Virus record (IMG/VR): IMGVR_UViG_3300021961_000020
Source: a virus
Direction: 5' to 3' (one strand)
Length of the DNA: 64,000 bases
A program made the position numbers and the translations under genes. The notes under the pieces are model-generated. The model ran no database searches and was not told the DNA's origin. It saw only the letters and a program-made list of their open reading frames with translations. Below, piece by piece: positions 1 through 9,221 of the stretch (positions within the stretch are counted from its first letter, which is position 1; each line of letters begins with the position of its first letter).

Positions 1-151
1 CATCCCCTACAATTTCACCATCGGTAAAGATAAAGTATTGCTTACGAAGTTCGGGAAACAAATATTTTTCACAAGACTCATAGTATCCAGGAAAAAAATT
101 AAGATACTTATTAGTACCAATAAAAATTATTGCAACTGTTGCATTTTTCAT
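1..151 (-). CDS. Family 6 glycosyltransferase (ABO-like), N-terminal part; runs off the window
   Basis: Hand translation MKNATVAIIFIGTNKYLNFFPGYYESCEKYLFPELRKQYFIFTD matches the GT6 N-terminus; ATGA overlap with the GT11 stop. Confidence 0.8.
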   Translation of the reverse strand, partial: MKNATVAIIFIGTNKYLNFFPGYYESCEKYLFPELRKQYFIFTDGEIVGD

Positions 152-957
152 ACCACTTCCCAACCTTCGCAATACAGATCTTTAGTGTCATTGATTTGAT
201 TCAGAGGAGGACCAAACCATTTAGATGGTGCGACTACTCTCTTGTTCGGATTAGTGCAGAGCCATGCTCCCCACCAACTAAAAGAACTATTAGCAATAAT
301 AAAATCACTGCAGAGAGACATCATACAAAGATCAAGATACTGATCATTTGTTTCGGAAACTAAGAACCTGTCGTTATCGAACATTTCTTCTTGGAGGCAC
401 CACTCTGGATCATCAGAGAAAATAATCACTTCACGATTAGAGTCGAACCTTGCCAACGCTTCCTTATAGTAATTTATATCACAAATAGGATGGTGAGAAT
501 AATTGGCGTAGTCAGTACGACGAACATGTAATGCAATGGGATTAGTGACATCCGTAATCATCTTCTTACATGGTTCCAGATACTCATCCTTGAATTTAAA
601 GTCAAGGAGAAGATCTTCTCTAATGTGCTTGAAGTATTTTTCTGACTGGAAGAAACCAAATATACTTACAAAGTCTGGACAATTGTTAAAGAGATTCTCA
701 TCAAACTCAAAAGACTCTTCCCTGACAATGGGACGATCTTGATCAATAGACTGAACCTGAAGAGCACTTAAACTTGAAAGTTCAAAGGGAACAAACAGTT
801 GATGCTCATTCCATTCATCTGCTTTGTTCTTATAATTTGATGGGGGAACACAGTAGTTGAACCCCCGATTAGCAGCGATACCCTTTACAGCAGCATACTG
901 AAACATTTGATTGGCAAGACGCTCTTTCATCTTGCCGACATAGTTAATACCAATCAT
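148..957 (-). CDS. GT11 alpha-1,2-fucosyltransferase
   Basis: LANQMFQYA, HVRRTDY and ANSSFSWWGAWL motifs. Confidence 0.9.
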   Translation of the reverse strand: MIGINYVGKMKERLANQMFQYAAVKGIAANRGFNYCVPPSNYKNKADEWNEHQLFVPFELSSLSALQVQSIDQDRPIVREESFEFDENLFNNCPDFVSIFGFFQSEKYFKHIREDLLLDFKFKDEYLEPCKKMITDVTNPIALHVRRTDYANYSHHPICDINYYKEALARFDSNREVIIFSDDPEWCLQEEMFDNDRFLVSETNDQYLDLCMMSLCSDFIIANSSFSWWGAWLCTNPNKRVVAPSKWFGPPLNQINDTKDLYCEGWEVV

Positions 958-1907
958 CTCGTTTGAATATCAGTGTTTTCAATAAACCACTTATAGGTTT
1001 CGCGTAGACCATCTTGAAGATTGTACTTTGGTTTCCAACCTTTATCTAAAAGTTTGGAGTAATCAAGAGGACGCTTGGGAGTGCCATCAGGTTTAGAAGT
1101 ATCCCACTCAATTTTCCCTGTGTACCCAGTTACATTAGCGACCATGTTAGCAAGTTCTGCAATGGTCACATCTTCACCAGATCCAACATTCAACAACTCT
1201 GCAGACTCGTAGTTCTCCATAGCGAAGAGACATGCGTCTGCAAGGTCATCAACATAGAGAAACTCACGACGAGGGGTGCCTGTGCCCCAGCAGGTCACTG
1301 GAGCGTCTCCTACGGTCCAGTTGTTGAACTTCTGGAGCATAGCAGGGATCACATGCCCGTTCATGGGGTGGAAGTTATCGTTAGGACCATACAGATTGGC
1401 AGGCATCAGGGAGACACCCTTGAACCCGTACTGCTTGTAGTAAGACCTCAGCATGTAGATGCCATGGATCTTAGCAAGAGCATACGCATCGTTGGTAGGC
1501 TCCAGTTCTCCAGACATCAGAGACTCTTCCTTTACAGGAGTCGGTGCAAACTTAGGGTAGATACATACGCTTCCAAGGAAAAGAAACTTTTGTACACCAT
1601 GCTTCCAGGCATAGTGAATAAGGTTGGTTTGGATCTGAGTGTTCTGGTAGATAAACTCTGCCGAGTAAGTATCATTGGCATGGATACCACCGACACGAGC
1701 AGCAGCATCAAACACATAGTCGATACCTTCAGACCTGAAGAACTTTTCGACAGCAAACTGATCCATAAGATCAAGCTCCTGCCGAGTTCTAGTAATGATG
1801 TTCTCATAACCTTCTTCTTGAAGACGGCGAACAATGGCAGATCCAACTAAACCACGATGACCAGCGACAAAAATTCTTGCGTGTTTCTGCATTGTTCTCA
1901 GTTTCAT
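954..1907 (-). CDS. fcl: GDP-L-fucose synthase / GDP-4-keto-6-deoxymannose epimerase-reductase
   Basis: GHRGLVGSA, AARVGGI, LGSVCIYP, YALAK and NLYGPNDNF motifs. Confidence 0.95.
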   Translation of the reverse strand: MKLRTMQKHARIFVAGHRGLVGSAIVRRLQEEGYENIITRTRQELDLMDQFAVEKFFRSEGIDYVFDAAARVGGIHANDTYSAEFIYQNTQIQTNLIHYAWKHGVQKFLFLGSVCIYPKFAPTPVKEESLMSGELEPTNDAYALAKIHGIYMLRSYYKQYGFKGVSLMPANLYGPNDNFHPMNGHVIPAMLQKFNNWTVGDAPVTCWGTGTPRREFLYVDDLADACLFAMENYESAELLNVGSGEDVTIAELANMVANVTGYTGKIEWDTSKPDGTPKRPLDYSKLLDKGWKPKYNLQDGLRETYKWFIENTDIQTR

Positions 1908-3154
1908 GGAATAATTACGACTTCAGGTTCGGGAAGTGGGAATAAGAACCGACGACCTTTAAACTTTTCATTCTTCAGGAAGAAATCTCTAAAGTGCCAG
2001 GGAAGAACAATATGAAGATCATATTCTTTTTCCAGCACACTCTCTTCGCTAGTAATAGGAATCCAAGTTCCAGGTGTAAAGGATCCGTCTTTGTCAGGAT
2101 TAACATCACCAACAGCGGCAACATCTTTAGGACCAATCTCCCAGGTTTGCAGCGTTACATTTCCTTTAGTGCTGGCACCAAGGGCACAGATCTTAGAACC
2201 ATTACGACGATAGAAGTCCATGATTTCCCAGAACTGTTTCTTACAGGCATTAATACGCTCTGCAAAAGCTTCCCAAGGTTCAACGGTATCCAGTTTGTCT
2301 TCCAACTCTGAGGCAATAAGAGCAGTAAGTTTTACTGTACATTCCTTACGCTCACTGTTGGTAGAAGGAGTTACTACTACAGAGATACTACCACCATTAA
2401 CATCATTGAATTCAAAATCAACAATCTTGAATCCAGACTTATCCATGATGTACTTGAGTTGTCTCATACCATAGTAGGAGAGATGCTCATGACATACTGT
2501 GTCAAACGAATTGACCCGCAGCATCGTTGGCATATAACTTTGCTCAAGCACCCAGATTCCGCGAGGATCAAGGATGTCATGGACCTGGCGGGCAAACTCG
2601 CAGGGATCTTCAAGGTCATAGAACATCGAGAACGATGTAACTACCTTTGCTTTCTGCTTACCGAACCGCTCACGATAAACATCGGAAGAGAAGAAGTCGG
2701 CAATATAATTTACATTCTCAGGAATGTAATCTCTAAACTTTTTCGAGGTGGGATCAATGCTCATGAGTTGCAGATCATGGGGGAAGAACCCCAAGAAGGT
2801 GCCATCATTACCTGCAATATCAATTACGATATCGCCAGAGTTAAACTTGACATCACGCATAATCTTCTCTGCCTTTCCACGCAGGTGACGAACCATGCTA
2901 CCGTTCAGACCAGAACGATAACCATACTCTTCACCATACATGGTAGGAAGATCAAAGGTATGTTCTAGTTGAACATGACCACATCCACCTTTAGACTCGT
3001 CACACTTGACGAGAGTGAGAGGACCTTTGTACATGTCCTCATCGATCTCTTTGGGAAAAATGCCAGAAAGATATTGATCACCAAGATCCAAGACTGTGAT
3101 CAGGTGTTCATTACCACATACTCTGCACTTTTCAATTCTGTGAAATTTACTCAT
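1904..3154 (-). CDS. NDP-hexose C-methyltransferase (SAM-dependent, Zn-binding N-terminus)
   Basis: CRVCG...[36 protein letters not shown] and LPWHF motifs. Confidence 0.85.
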   Translation of the reverse strand: MSKFHRIEKCRVCGNEHLITVLDLGDQYLSGIFPKEIDEDMYKGPLTLVKCDESKGGCGHVQLEHTFDLPTMYGEEYGYRSGLNGSMVRHLRGKAEKIMRDVKFNSGDIVIDIAGNDGTFLGFFPHDLQLMSIDPTSKKFRDYIPENVNYIADFFSSDVYRERFGKQKAKVVTSFSMFYDLEDPCEFARQVHDILDPRGIWVLEQSYMPTMLRVNSFDTVCHEHLSYYGMRQLKYIMDKSGFKIVDFEFNDVNGGSISVVVTPSTNSERKECTVKLTALIASELEDKLDTVEPWEAFAERINACKKQFWEIMDFYRRNGSKICALGASTKGNVTLQTWEIGPKDVAAVGDVNPDKDGSFTPGTWIPITSEESVLEKEYDLHIVLPWHFRDFFLKNEKFKGRRFLFPLPEPEVVIIP

Positions 3155-4143
3155 TGTCCGTTAATACACATGTCTTCTACAAGATCTTGGAAACTATATT
3201 CTGGTTCCCATCCTAGCACAGTTTTTGCTTTTGTTGCATCCCCAAGTAGTTGCTCTACTTCTGTTGGGCGGTAGTATTTAGGGTCTACGCGAACGATCAC
3301 TCTGTTGAGATTCTTACAGAATCCAACTTCATCAAGACCCTCTCCACGCCACTCAATATTGAATCCAAAGTAAGATGCAGATTCGTTAACAAACTCACGA
3401 ACACTACGCATCTCACCTGTAGCAAGAACAAAATCATCAGGAGTTTCGTGCTGAACAATCATCCACATACCACGAACATAATCTAATGCATGTCCCCAAT
3501 CACGCTGAGCATCCAGATTGCCTAGTTCTAGGACATCTTGGAGTCCACTAGAGATGCGTGAGAGTCCTCTCGTGATCTTACGGGTAACGAAGGTTTCACC
3601 TCTCCGTGGGGACTCATGATTGAAAAGTATGCCATTGCTAGCATGGATACCATACGCTTCACGATAGTTCTTAACAATCCAATATGCATACATCTTTGCT
3701 ACACCATATGGTGAGCGAGGATAGAAAGGAGTGGTCTCTTTCTGAGGGACCTCTTGAACAAGTCCATACAGTTCGCTTGTGGATGCCTGATAGAACTTAC
3801 AAGGATGTTCCAATAAACGAATAGCCTCTAGGAGACGCAGGGTTCCTAGAGCATCAACTTCTCCCGTATACTCAGGCATATCAAAAGACACCTTTACATG
3901 ACTCATGGCAGCAAGGTTATACACCTCAGTAGGTTTGATCTTTTGAATCAAACTCATGAGGTTACCTGCATCAGTCATGTCTCCATAATGTTTATGGATT
4001 TTATTATAGATGTGATCAATACGATGCGTATTAATTAAAGAAGAACGGCGTACAATGCCGTGAACTTCATACCCCTTTTGGAGAAGAAATTCGGCAAGGT
4101 ACGAACCGTCCTGTCCTGTTATTCCTGTAATTAATGCTCTCAT
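3151..4143 (-). CDS. gmd: GDP-mannose 4,6-dehydratase
   Basis: [29 protein letters not shown] and [15 protein letters not shown] motifs. Confidence 0.97.
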   Translation of the reverse strand: MRALITGITGQDGSYLAEFLLQKGYEVHGIVRRSSLINTHRIDHIYNKIHKHYGDMTDAGNLMSLIQKIKPTEVYNLAAMSHVKVSFDMPEYTGEVDALGTLRLLEAIRLLEHPCKFYQASTSELYGLVQEVPQKETTPFYPRSPYGVAKMYAYWIVKNYREAYGIHASNGILFNHESPRRGETFVTRKITRGLSRISSGLQDVLELGNLDAQRDWGHALDYVRGMWMIVQHETPDDFVLATGEMRSVREFVNESASYFGFNIEWRGEGLDEVGFCKNLNRVIVRVDPKYYRPTEVEQLLGDATKAKTVLGWEPEYSFQDLVEDMCINGQ

Positions 4144-4326
4144 TTAAACGATTTTGATATGATCTTCAGACATCAAATCTGCTGAAGACTTGTCTGCAAT
4201 ATTACGAAGACCCAAATAGTGACGCCAAAGTTCTGACAGCGTATTGGTCTCTTCGTCGTTATTTAGTGCAGCGATCAAAGCGTCTTTGACTGCATCAGCA
4301 GCGTTTTGATAATCAGTGTAAGTCAT
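4144..4326 (-). CDS. Hypothetical protein
   Basis: 60-aa ORF abutting its neighbours. Confidence 0.7.
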   Translation of the reverse strand: MTYTDYQNAADAVKDALIAALNNDEETNTLSELWRHYLGLRNIADKSSADLMSEDHIKIV

Positions 4327-4328
4327 AA

Positions 4329-4595
4329 TTAATCGTACTTGCGATAGGCACCCACTTCGGGGTCAGGGTCTAACCATTTGGTGTATTCTTTGTCTTCGAT
4401 AGCAAGATGAAGTTGCATCTCATTATCGCAAAGATACATGTCATTGTAACGCTTGGTCCATTCGTGATACTTTTGAATGCGGCAATCAGGTTTACCGTTG
4501 ATTTCTAAAGTACCACAGGTTACATAACGGTAAGGATACCGCTCAAGAATCACATTCGGTTTCATCGATAACACCTTCTTCAAGGAGATCAGCAT
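4329..4595 (-). CDS. Conserved cyanophage hypothetical protein
   Basis: ORF in operon context; start may be downstream (MKPNV). Confidence 0.7.
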   Translation of the reverse strand: MLISLKKVLSMKPNVILERYPYRYVTCGTLEINGKPDCRIQKYHEWTKRYNDMYLCDNEMQLHLAIEDKEYTKWLDPDPEVGAYRKYD

Positions 4596-4779
4596 AGAGA
4601 CAGTCTAGCAGAATCTCGTAATCATCACAAGGATCGTTCATGAATTGAACGCCTTTTTCTTCGTAGTATTTGGTTACCTTACGGAAGACCTTAGGATACT
4701 GATGGTCAAGAGCAACTTGCCCCTCAACAGTGCCACGAAGGATGTTGATATGCTTTTTGAACTTAGTGGTGACAGACAT
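4543..4779 (-). CDS. Hypothetical protein
   Basis: 78-aa ORF overlapping neighbours. Confidence 0.65.
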   Translation of the reverse strand: MSVTTKFKKHINILRGTVEGQVALDHQYPKVFRKVTKYYEEKGVQFMNDPCDDYEILLDCLYADLLEEGVIDETECDS

Positions 4780-4996
4780 CGTTCTGTTTGTTTACCTTGT
4801 TATTATACTCCACCTGATCGCTTTTGGGAAGTTCAGGTGGACGGTCGTTCCAGTGTCTGATGGCATTGGCGACGATCGCAATATTAGTTATGAAATAAGA
4901 GATAAAAATAAGGGTGCGGATAACCGCAACCCTATCAGACTCTTTATTATCTCCTGTTGCTTTCTCTCCTAAAGCTTTACACCAAAGTCTCCACAT
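4763..4996 (-). CDS. Hypothetical membrane protein
   Basis: One hydrophobic segment (RTLIFISYFITNIAIVA). Confidence 0.65.
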   Translation of the reverse strand: MWRLWCKALGEKATGDNKESDRVAVIRTLIFISYFITNIAIVANAIRHWNDRPPELPKSDQVEYNNKVNKQNDVCHH

Positions 4997-5219
4997 TAGA
5001 TTTTTTAGATGATGCCAACGAGTTGCGAGGAACCTTGGACTTGAATTCGTCTTTCAAATTATACTGTATTTCGTAGTTCTCAGTCAAGACATAATAACCA
5101 GTGAGATCTTTACCATTGTCAGTCCACCCATAAGAGATAACCCGTTCGTTTACATCACGAAGATCAATCTTTTTATCGGTATTGAGATAGTGATTAAAAC
5201 GCTGGTGAAGGTTGATCAT
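4977..5219 (-). CDS. Hypothetical protein
   Basis: 80-aa ORF with ATGA overlap. Confidence 0.65.
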   Translation of the reverse strand: MINLHQRFNHYLNTDKKIDLRDVNERVISYGWTDNGKDLTGYYVLTENYEIQYNLKDEFKSKVPRNSLASSKKSNVETLV

Positions 5220-5464
5220 CGTGTTTCGAAGTTGAGTTTACGAACTTTGCGCTTGCGTCTGTTCTCTTGGTATTCTAAGTCGCCCTTGGACAAAACGCTA
5301 GAACTCTTAAGACTGTTTTCAGAATTGACCAATACGACTTTACTTAAGTCAGCAGCAGAAACTTTATCCCCGATTACTGTGGTCATGTTCTCGCATCCAC
5401 AGCACTGAGTTTTGTTCGAGCTGATCAATTCTAGATTGCACATTTTGCATCTGACAGATAACAT
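5216..5464 (-). CDS. Small Cys-rich putative Zn-binding protein
   Basis: CxxC...CxC pattern; AGAGGT RBS upstream. Confidence 0.7.
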   Translation of the reverse strand: MLSVRCKMCNLELISSNKTQCCGCENMTTVIGDKVSAADLSKVVLVNSENSLKSSSVLSKGDLEYQENRRKRKVRKLNFETR

Positions 5465-5521
5465 AATCTAACCTCTTTTTAATATCTTCCAAATCTAATT
5501 GGATAGATTTTTTTAATTTCA

Positions 5522-5593
5522 TGGGAAATACTGGATTCGAACCAGTGACTTATTGCTTGTAAGGCAACCACTCTACCGCTGAGTTAATCTCCC
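5522..5593 (-). tRNA. tRNA-Val(UAC), CCA not encoded
   Basis: Cloverleaf, anticodon arm GTTGC-CTTACAA-GCAAT, GTTCGAATC T-loop. Confidence 0.93.
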
Positions 5594-5670
5594 TGGCGAC
5601 TCAGGAGGGACTTGAACCCCCGACCAACTGCTTAGAAGGCAGATGCTCTATCCAACTGAGCTACTGAGTC
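5594..5670 (-). tRNA. tRNA-Arg(UCU), CCA encoded
   Basis: GACTCAG/CTGAGTC acceptor stem, CTTCTAA anticodon loop. Confidence 0.95.
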
Positions 5671-6268
5671 ACGAAAACATAAAAGTGTAATTAACTCTTC
5701 GATTTCCAGAACCATGTTTCATTGAAACTTTATTGGTTTCATGGAAGTATTTAGAGTTAAATATAAGAAGACGATTACACGCATAAGGAATAATCGTCTT
5801 CTTAGAGTTAGTGTACTCTAGATATTTCCTAATCAACTTGACATCCGTATTATACTCGCGCCAGGTCCATGTCGGAGGCGGTTTAATATCATAAAGAATT
5901 AAACCGTTTTTCTCTGGATCTTCTACAGAAGAATCTGGAGTGACCCAGAGATTCACATTATAGCATGCTGGATCAGCATGCGGGGTAACGCCGTTGGCGT
6001 TGTTGTCGTAAACGAATGCCCAACCTCTGTCAAAACGACCGAGGAATGGGAACCTCGTTTCCAACCCTGTAATTATAGCAGATAGAAGGGGATGCCGCAA
6101 GCGGTCTGGAGAGAAGTTAAGTGAGTAATAGTCTTCGTAGATATCATCTGGATCATCTGCATTGAGAGCATACTCACGCAAGTCATCAATAACATCTGGC
6201 AGAAACAAATTATCTACCACATGATACCTTTCCTCTTCAATTATTTTCTTTACGGTATTTGAATGCAT
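5669..6268 (-). CDS. 2OG-Fe(II) oxygenase-like protein
   Basis: HAD...FHET facial triad, distal R-V-N-Y-T. Confidence 0.8.
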   Translation of the reverse strand: MHSNTVKKIIEEERYHVVDNLFLPDVIDDLREYALNADDPDDIYEDYYSLNFSPDRLRHPLLSAIITGLETRFPFLGRFDRGWAFVYDNNANGVTPHADPACYNVNLWVTPDSSVEDPEKNGLILYDIKPPPTWTWREYNTDVKLIRKYLEYTNSKKTIIPYACNRLLIFNSKYFHETNKVSMKHGSGNRRVNYTFMFS

Positions 6269-6767
6269 ATGTAAAACGATGTTCAGAAACTAAAGGAGTT
6301 GCTCTATGCAATACCCAAGAAGTAAATTTAACAAGAGTATTTGGAATTGGAGGAATAGCAATGATCTTTTGATCTAGATAGAATTCTGTAGTTCCCCCAT
6401 CATTTAGTCCATTATACATTTTATTTGCATAAAAAAGAATTGTAATTTGATCTTCATCATCTTCACAATCTTGATGAAAGTTTGCTATTTCTCTAGGAGC
6501 AAAACAATTAATATATGCTCTGTATAATTCGTAACTTTCAAGTTCTGGAAACTTATCAAGAACGATACCATTTAGAATGTCAACAATTTCTGTATCTTGT
6601 TCACAATCTGGATCCAACTCAGAAACTAATCCAGTTGGTTTAAATTTTTCCTCGTCCGTCTCTCCATAAGTATAAGAAGCATTGTAAGCAAAATTGGATA
6701 CTTCTCTAAAATCTTCAGGAGATAAAGCTTTATCCACTGCAAGAATGCTTGGTCTTTGTTTTGTCAT
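6237..6767 (-). CDS. 2OG-Fe(II) oxygenase
   Basis: HQD...LHRA...R motifs. Confidence 0.85.
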   Translation of the reverse strand: MTKQRPSILAVDKALSPEDFREVSNFAYNASYTYGETDEEKFKPTGLVSELDPDCEQDTEIVDILNGIVLDKFPELESYELYRAYINCFAPREIANFHQDCEDDEDQITILFYANKMYNGLNDGGTTEFYLDQKIIAIPPIPNTLVKFTSWVLHRATPLVSEHRFTYAFKYRKENN

Positions 6768-6775
6768 ATTAAATA

Positions 6776-6847
6776 AGCGGGGTATCGGAATCGAACCGAC
6801 GACATCTAACTTGGAAGGATAGCGTTCTACCGCTGAACTAACCCCGC
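6776..6847 (-). tRNA. tRNA-Gly(UCC)
   Basis: GCGGGGT/ACCCCGC acceptor stem, CTTCCAA anticodon loop. Confidence 0.93.
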
Positions 6848-6856
6848 GATAGATAC

Positions 6857-6867
6857 ATTATAGCACA
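6857..6867 (-). promoter_or_regulatory. Extended -10 promoter for tRNA-Gly
   Basis: TGTGCTATAAT 10 nt upstream of the tRNA; the same TGTGCTATAATGTAT occurs upstream of gp55. Confidence 0.6.
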
Positions 6868-7424
6868 TCTTCTAACTTTCTGACGCGCCAGACCACAGTA
6901 TATCTATACACATAAGGATGGCGTGGTCCTAGACCCCTGTGAGGAATTTCAGACGGGAAGATAAGAACTCTACCAGGAACATATTCATGTTCCTCTATAA
7001 CTTCATTGTCTTCATTTACAATTTGAAATTGACCACCCCATTCTTTAGAGTCCCATTTAGTATTCACCATATACATGATGGTGTAATCTCCAGGATCTCC
7101 ATCAACATGGGATGTACCATCACAAAAAGAGTGTTGTAGGTTGAAATCGATTCTATTTAAAAGAAGAGGAAAGTCAACCTGCTCCTCAATATGAGCGAAC
7201 ATATTAAAGAAACACTCACACTTGGGAGTCCAGTTAACTATATGATTGATCGAACTTCTTTCAAAAAGATTTTCACCAAATAATTTATGAGTGCCATGTT
7301 GCCCTGCAGGATAACCAGTACCGTTTGCCTCATTGATAGCAGTTACAGGAAGATGGAGCATAGTCTTCTCAACCTGCACCATATAGTCATAATCAAAAAG
7401 GTTATCTAAAATTTGAGCAATCAT
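6858..7424 (-). CDS. 2OG-Fe(II) oxygenase
   Basis: HVD...PHRG...R motifs. Confidence 0.85.
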   Translation of the reverse strand: MIAQILDNLFDYDYMVQVEKTMLHLPVTAINEANGTGYPAGQHGTHKLFGENLFERSSINHIVNWTPKCECFFNMFAHIEEQVDFPLLLNRIDFNLQHSFCDGTSHVDGDPGDYTIMYMVNTKWDSKEWGGQFQIVNEDNEVIEEHEYVPGRVLIFPSEIPHRGLGPRHPYVYRYTVVWRVRKLEDVL

Positions 7425-7753
7425 TAATCACGCTGTCTCCAGTCATCAGGTTTATCTCTTTGGAACCAATCTACAATTTCATCTGCAGATTTAAACCCCG
7501 TACTATGGTTGGATGGGTCGGGGTCTCCTAGTCCCATCCTATTCATAAAATCATCCATACTTCCTTCTTGAATATCTCCCGCTGCTTGGCGTCGTGCTTT
7601 GTTTAACCAGTCTCTTGCAGTTGTATATGACTTGGCAAGTTTCTCTGCCCAAATCATATCCTCAAGATTCACCTCTTCTTTGTTTGATATCTTCTTACAG
7701 ATACCTTCAAGACGAAGACGATACTGTGTTGACAGCATACCAGATATGTCCAA
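7424..7753 (-). CDS. Conserved cyanophage hypothetical protein
   Basis: 109-aa coupled ORF. Confidence 0.75.
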   Translation of the reverse strand: MDISGMLSTQYRLRLEGICKKISNKEEVNLEDMIWAEKLAKSYTTARDWLNKARRQAAGDIQEGSMDDFMNRMGLGDPDPSNHSTGFKSADEIVDWFQRDKPDDWRQRD

Positions 7754-7771
7754 TCTTTCTAGTATTTAGGA

Positions 7772-8416
7772 CTATATCTGTATCCATTTGGACGGAGAGG
7801 TAACAACATTTTCATACTGGTCGTCTACATTTTCTGTAGATGTTACAAAAATATCGTACACAATAGATGCTCTAAACTGTTCACCATAAAAATCTGTGAC
7901 TCCATGGAGCATAGAAGAAGGAAAGATGATTAAGTCTCCTACTTGAGGATCGATTTTATAATATGAGTATTCATCTCTCAAAGTTACAGGCATAGAATCT
8001 AAAACTCCAAGATTACTGAATGCTAGTTCTCCGCCTTCTCCTTCTGTTCTAAGATAATAAACAGCACTAAAGTGTGACCCTCTATGAGTGTGGTGAGAAG
8101 TTTTTCCCTCCTGAGAATTACAGACTGTAGTCCATGCCTTTTGAACAAAGATATTATATTCTAAATCAGAGATTTGACTTAGATAGTCTTTCATTGATTG
8201 TGAGATTACATAGTTCAACCAGTAAAACTCTTTATTGTGCTGAAGAAGAAAGAACTTTGGTATATCTTGATCTCCAGTTAGTCCACCGTAACCTTCAATA
8301 TCTTTCTGGTTTTTGTAGTAAAACTCCTCAGCATATCTCATCATACCTTCCATAATATTAGAAGGACAATCAAAATGAGTATGATAAATTGGAATTGAAA
8401 ATAAGTTTTTGATCAT
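7772..8416 (-). CDS. 2OG-Fe(II) oxygenase (TIGR02466-like)
   Basis: HTHRGSHFSAVYY, GDLIIFPSSMLHGV and R motifs. Confidence 0.85.
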   Translation of the reverse strand: MIKNLFSIPIYHTHFDCPSNIMEGMMRYAEEFYYKNQKDIEGYGGLTGDQDIPKFFLLQHNKEFYWLNYVISQSMKDYLSQISDLEYNIFVQKAWTTVCNSQEGKTSHHTHRGSHFSAVYYLRTEGEGGELAFSNLGVLDSMPVTLRDEYSYYKIDPQVGDLIIFPSSMLHGVTDFYGEQFRASIVYDIFVTSTENVDDQYENVVTSPSKWIQI

Positions 8417-8418
8417 AA

Positions 8419-8505
8419 CGGAGAGTTAGGGATTTGAACCCTAGATGAAGTTACCCCCATACAGCATTTCCAGTGCTGCTCCTTAAACCACTCGGACAAC
8501 TCTCC
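8419..8505 (-). tRNA. tRNA-Ser(GGA)
   Basis: 87 nt with long variable arm, CTGGAAA anticodon loop. Confidence 0.92.
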
Positions 8506-8507
8506 AA

Positions 8508-8579
8508 CTCCCCTGGCAAGATTCGAACTTGCGACCCATTGATTAACAGTCAACTGCGCTACCGCTGCGCCACAGAGGA
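8508..8579 (-). tRNA. tRNA-Asn(GUU)
   Basis: TCCTCTG/CAGGGGA acceptor stem, CTGTTAA anticodon loop. Confidence 0.93.
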
Positions 8580-8586
8580 ATGAAGG

Positions 8587-8658
8587 AGCCACATGTCAGA
8601 TTCGAACTGACGACCTACCGCTTACAAGGCGGTTGCTCTACCACTGAGCTAAAATGGC
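8587..8658 (-). tRNA. tRNA-Thr(UGU)
   Basis: ACCGC-CTTGTAA-GCGGT anticodon arm; one acceptor-stem mismatch. Confidence 0.9.
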
Positions 8659-8669
8659 GTGTGTGATAT

Positions 8670-9164
8670 TTATTTGTTGAAATAATCCTTTCGGTAGTAT
8701 CTACCGAGGATATTACTATTGTAGTATGCAGGAGTGCCATCTGTCAAGGCACTCGTCAACACATCATGAAGAAATAATTGACGAGTCTCCTCGTAGTTTA
8801 CCCTTCCTGGGGTTCCGTGGAGAGAAAGAATTTCTCGTGAAAATCCATCCCTACCGCTTTGCCTAATATCTTCTTTAAGCTCTGGACAACTTCCGTAGTA
8901 TTTCTTCCAGTCACTTTCAATCGTAACTCTTCTTTGTCTATTACTACTGCTAGTTCTAGGCTTTCGTTTTGACCAGAAGTACTTCCTACCAATGTAGGAT
9001 TTTCCCGTTGCATTATTTGTAATCCTGTAGACAAAACCGAAGTTGTCGCCAATGTCATCAGACTCAAAGTGGTGACCATCGTACATCCAAGGGTTAGGAT
9101 AGGAGCATGAGCCAGAAGAAGCTCCCCCTTCGCCCTCATTTTTTCTCTCAAGGTCGTCATTCAA
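8670..9164 (-). CDS. Free-standing GIY-YIG (Seg-like) endonuclease
   Basis: GFVYRITN...YIGRK motif with downstream R and E. Confidence 0.8.
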   Translation of the reverse strand: MNDDLERKNEGEGGASSGSCSYPNPWMYDGHHFESDDIGDNFGFVYRITNNATGKSYIGRKYFWSKRKPRTSSSNRQRRVTIESDWKKYYGSCPELKEDIRQSGRDGFSREILSLHGTPGRVNYEETRQLFLHDVLTSALTDGTPAYYNSNILGRYYRKDYFNK

Positions 9165-9221
9165 ATGAATTTCAAAGAACTCTAAGGTATATAGAAGATC
9201 TAGATCAACCCTAGCAAAGCG

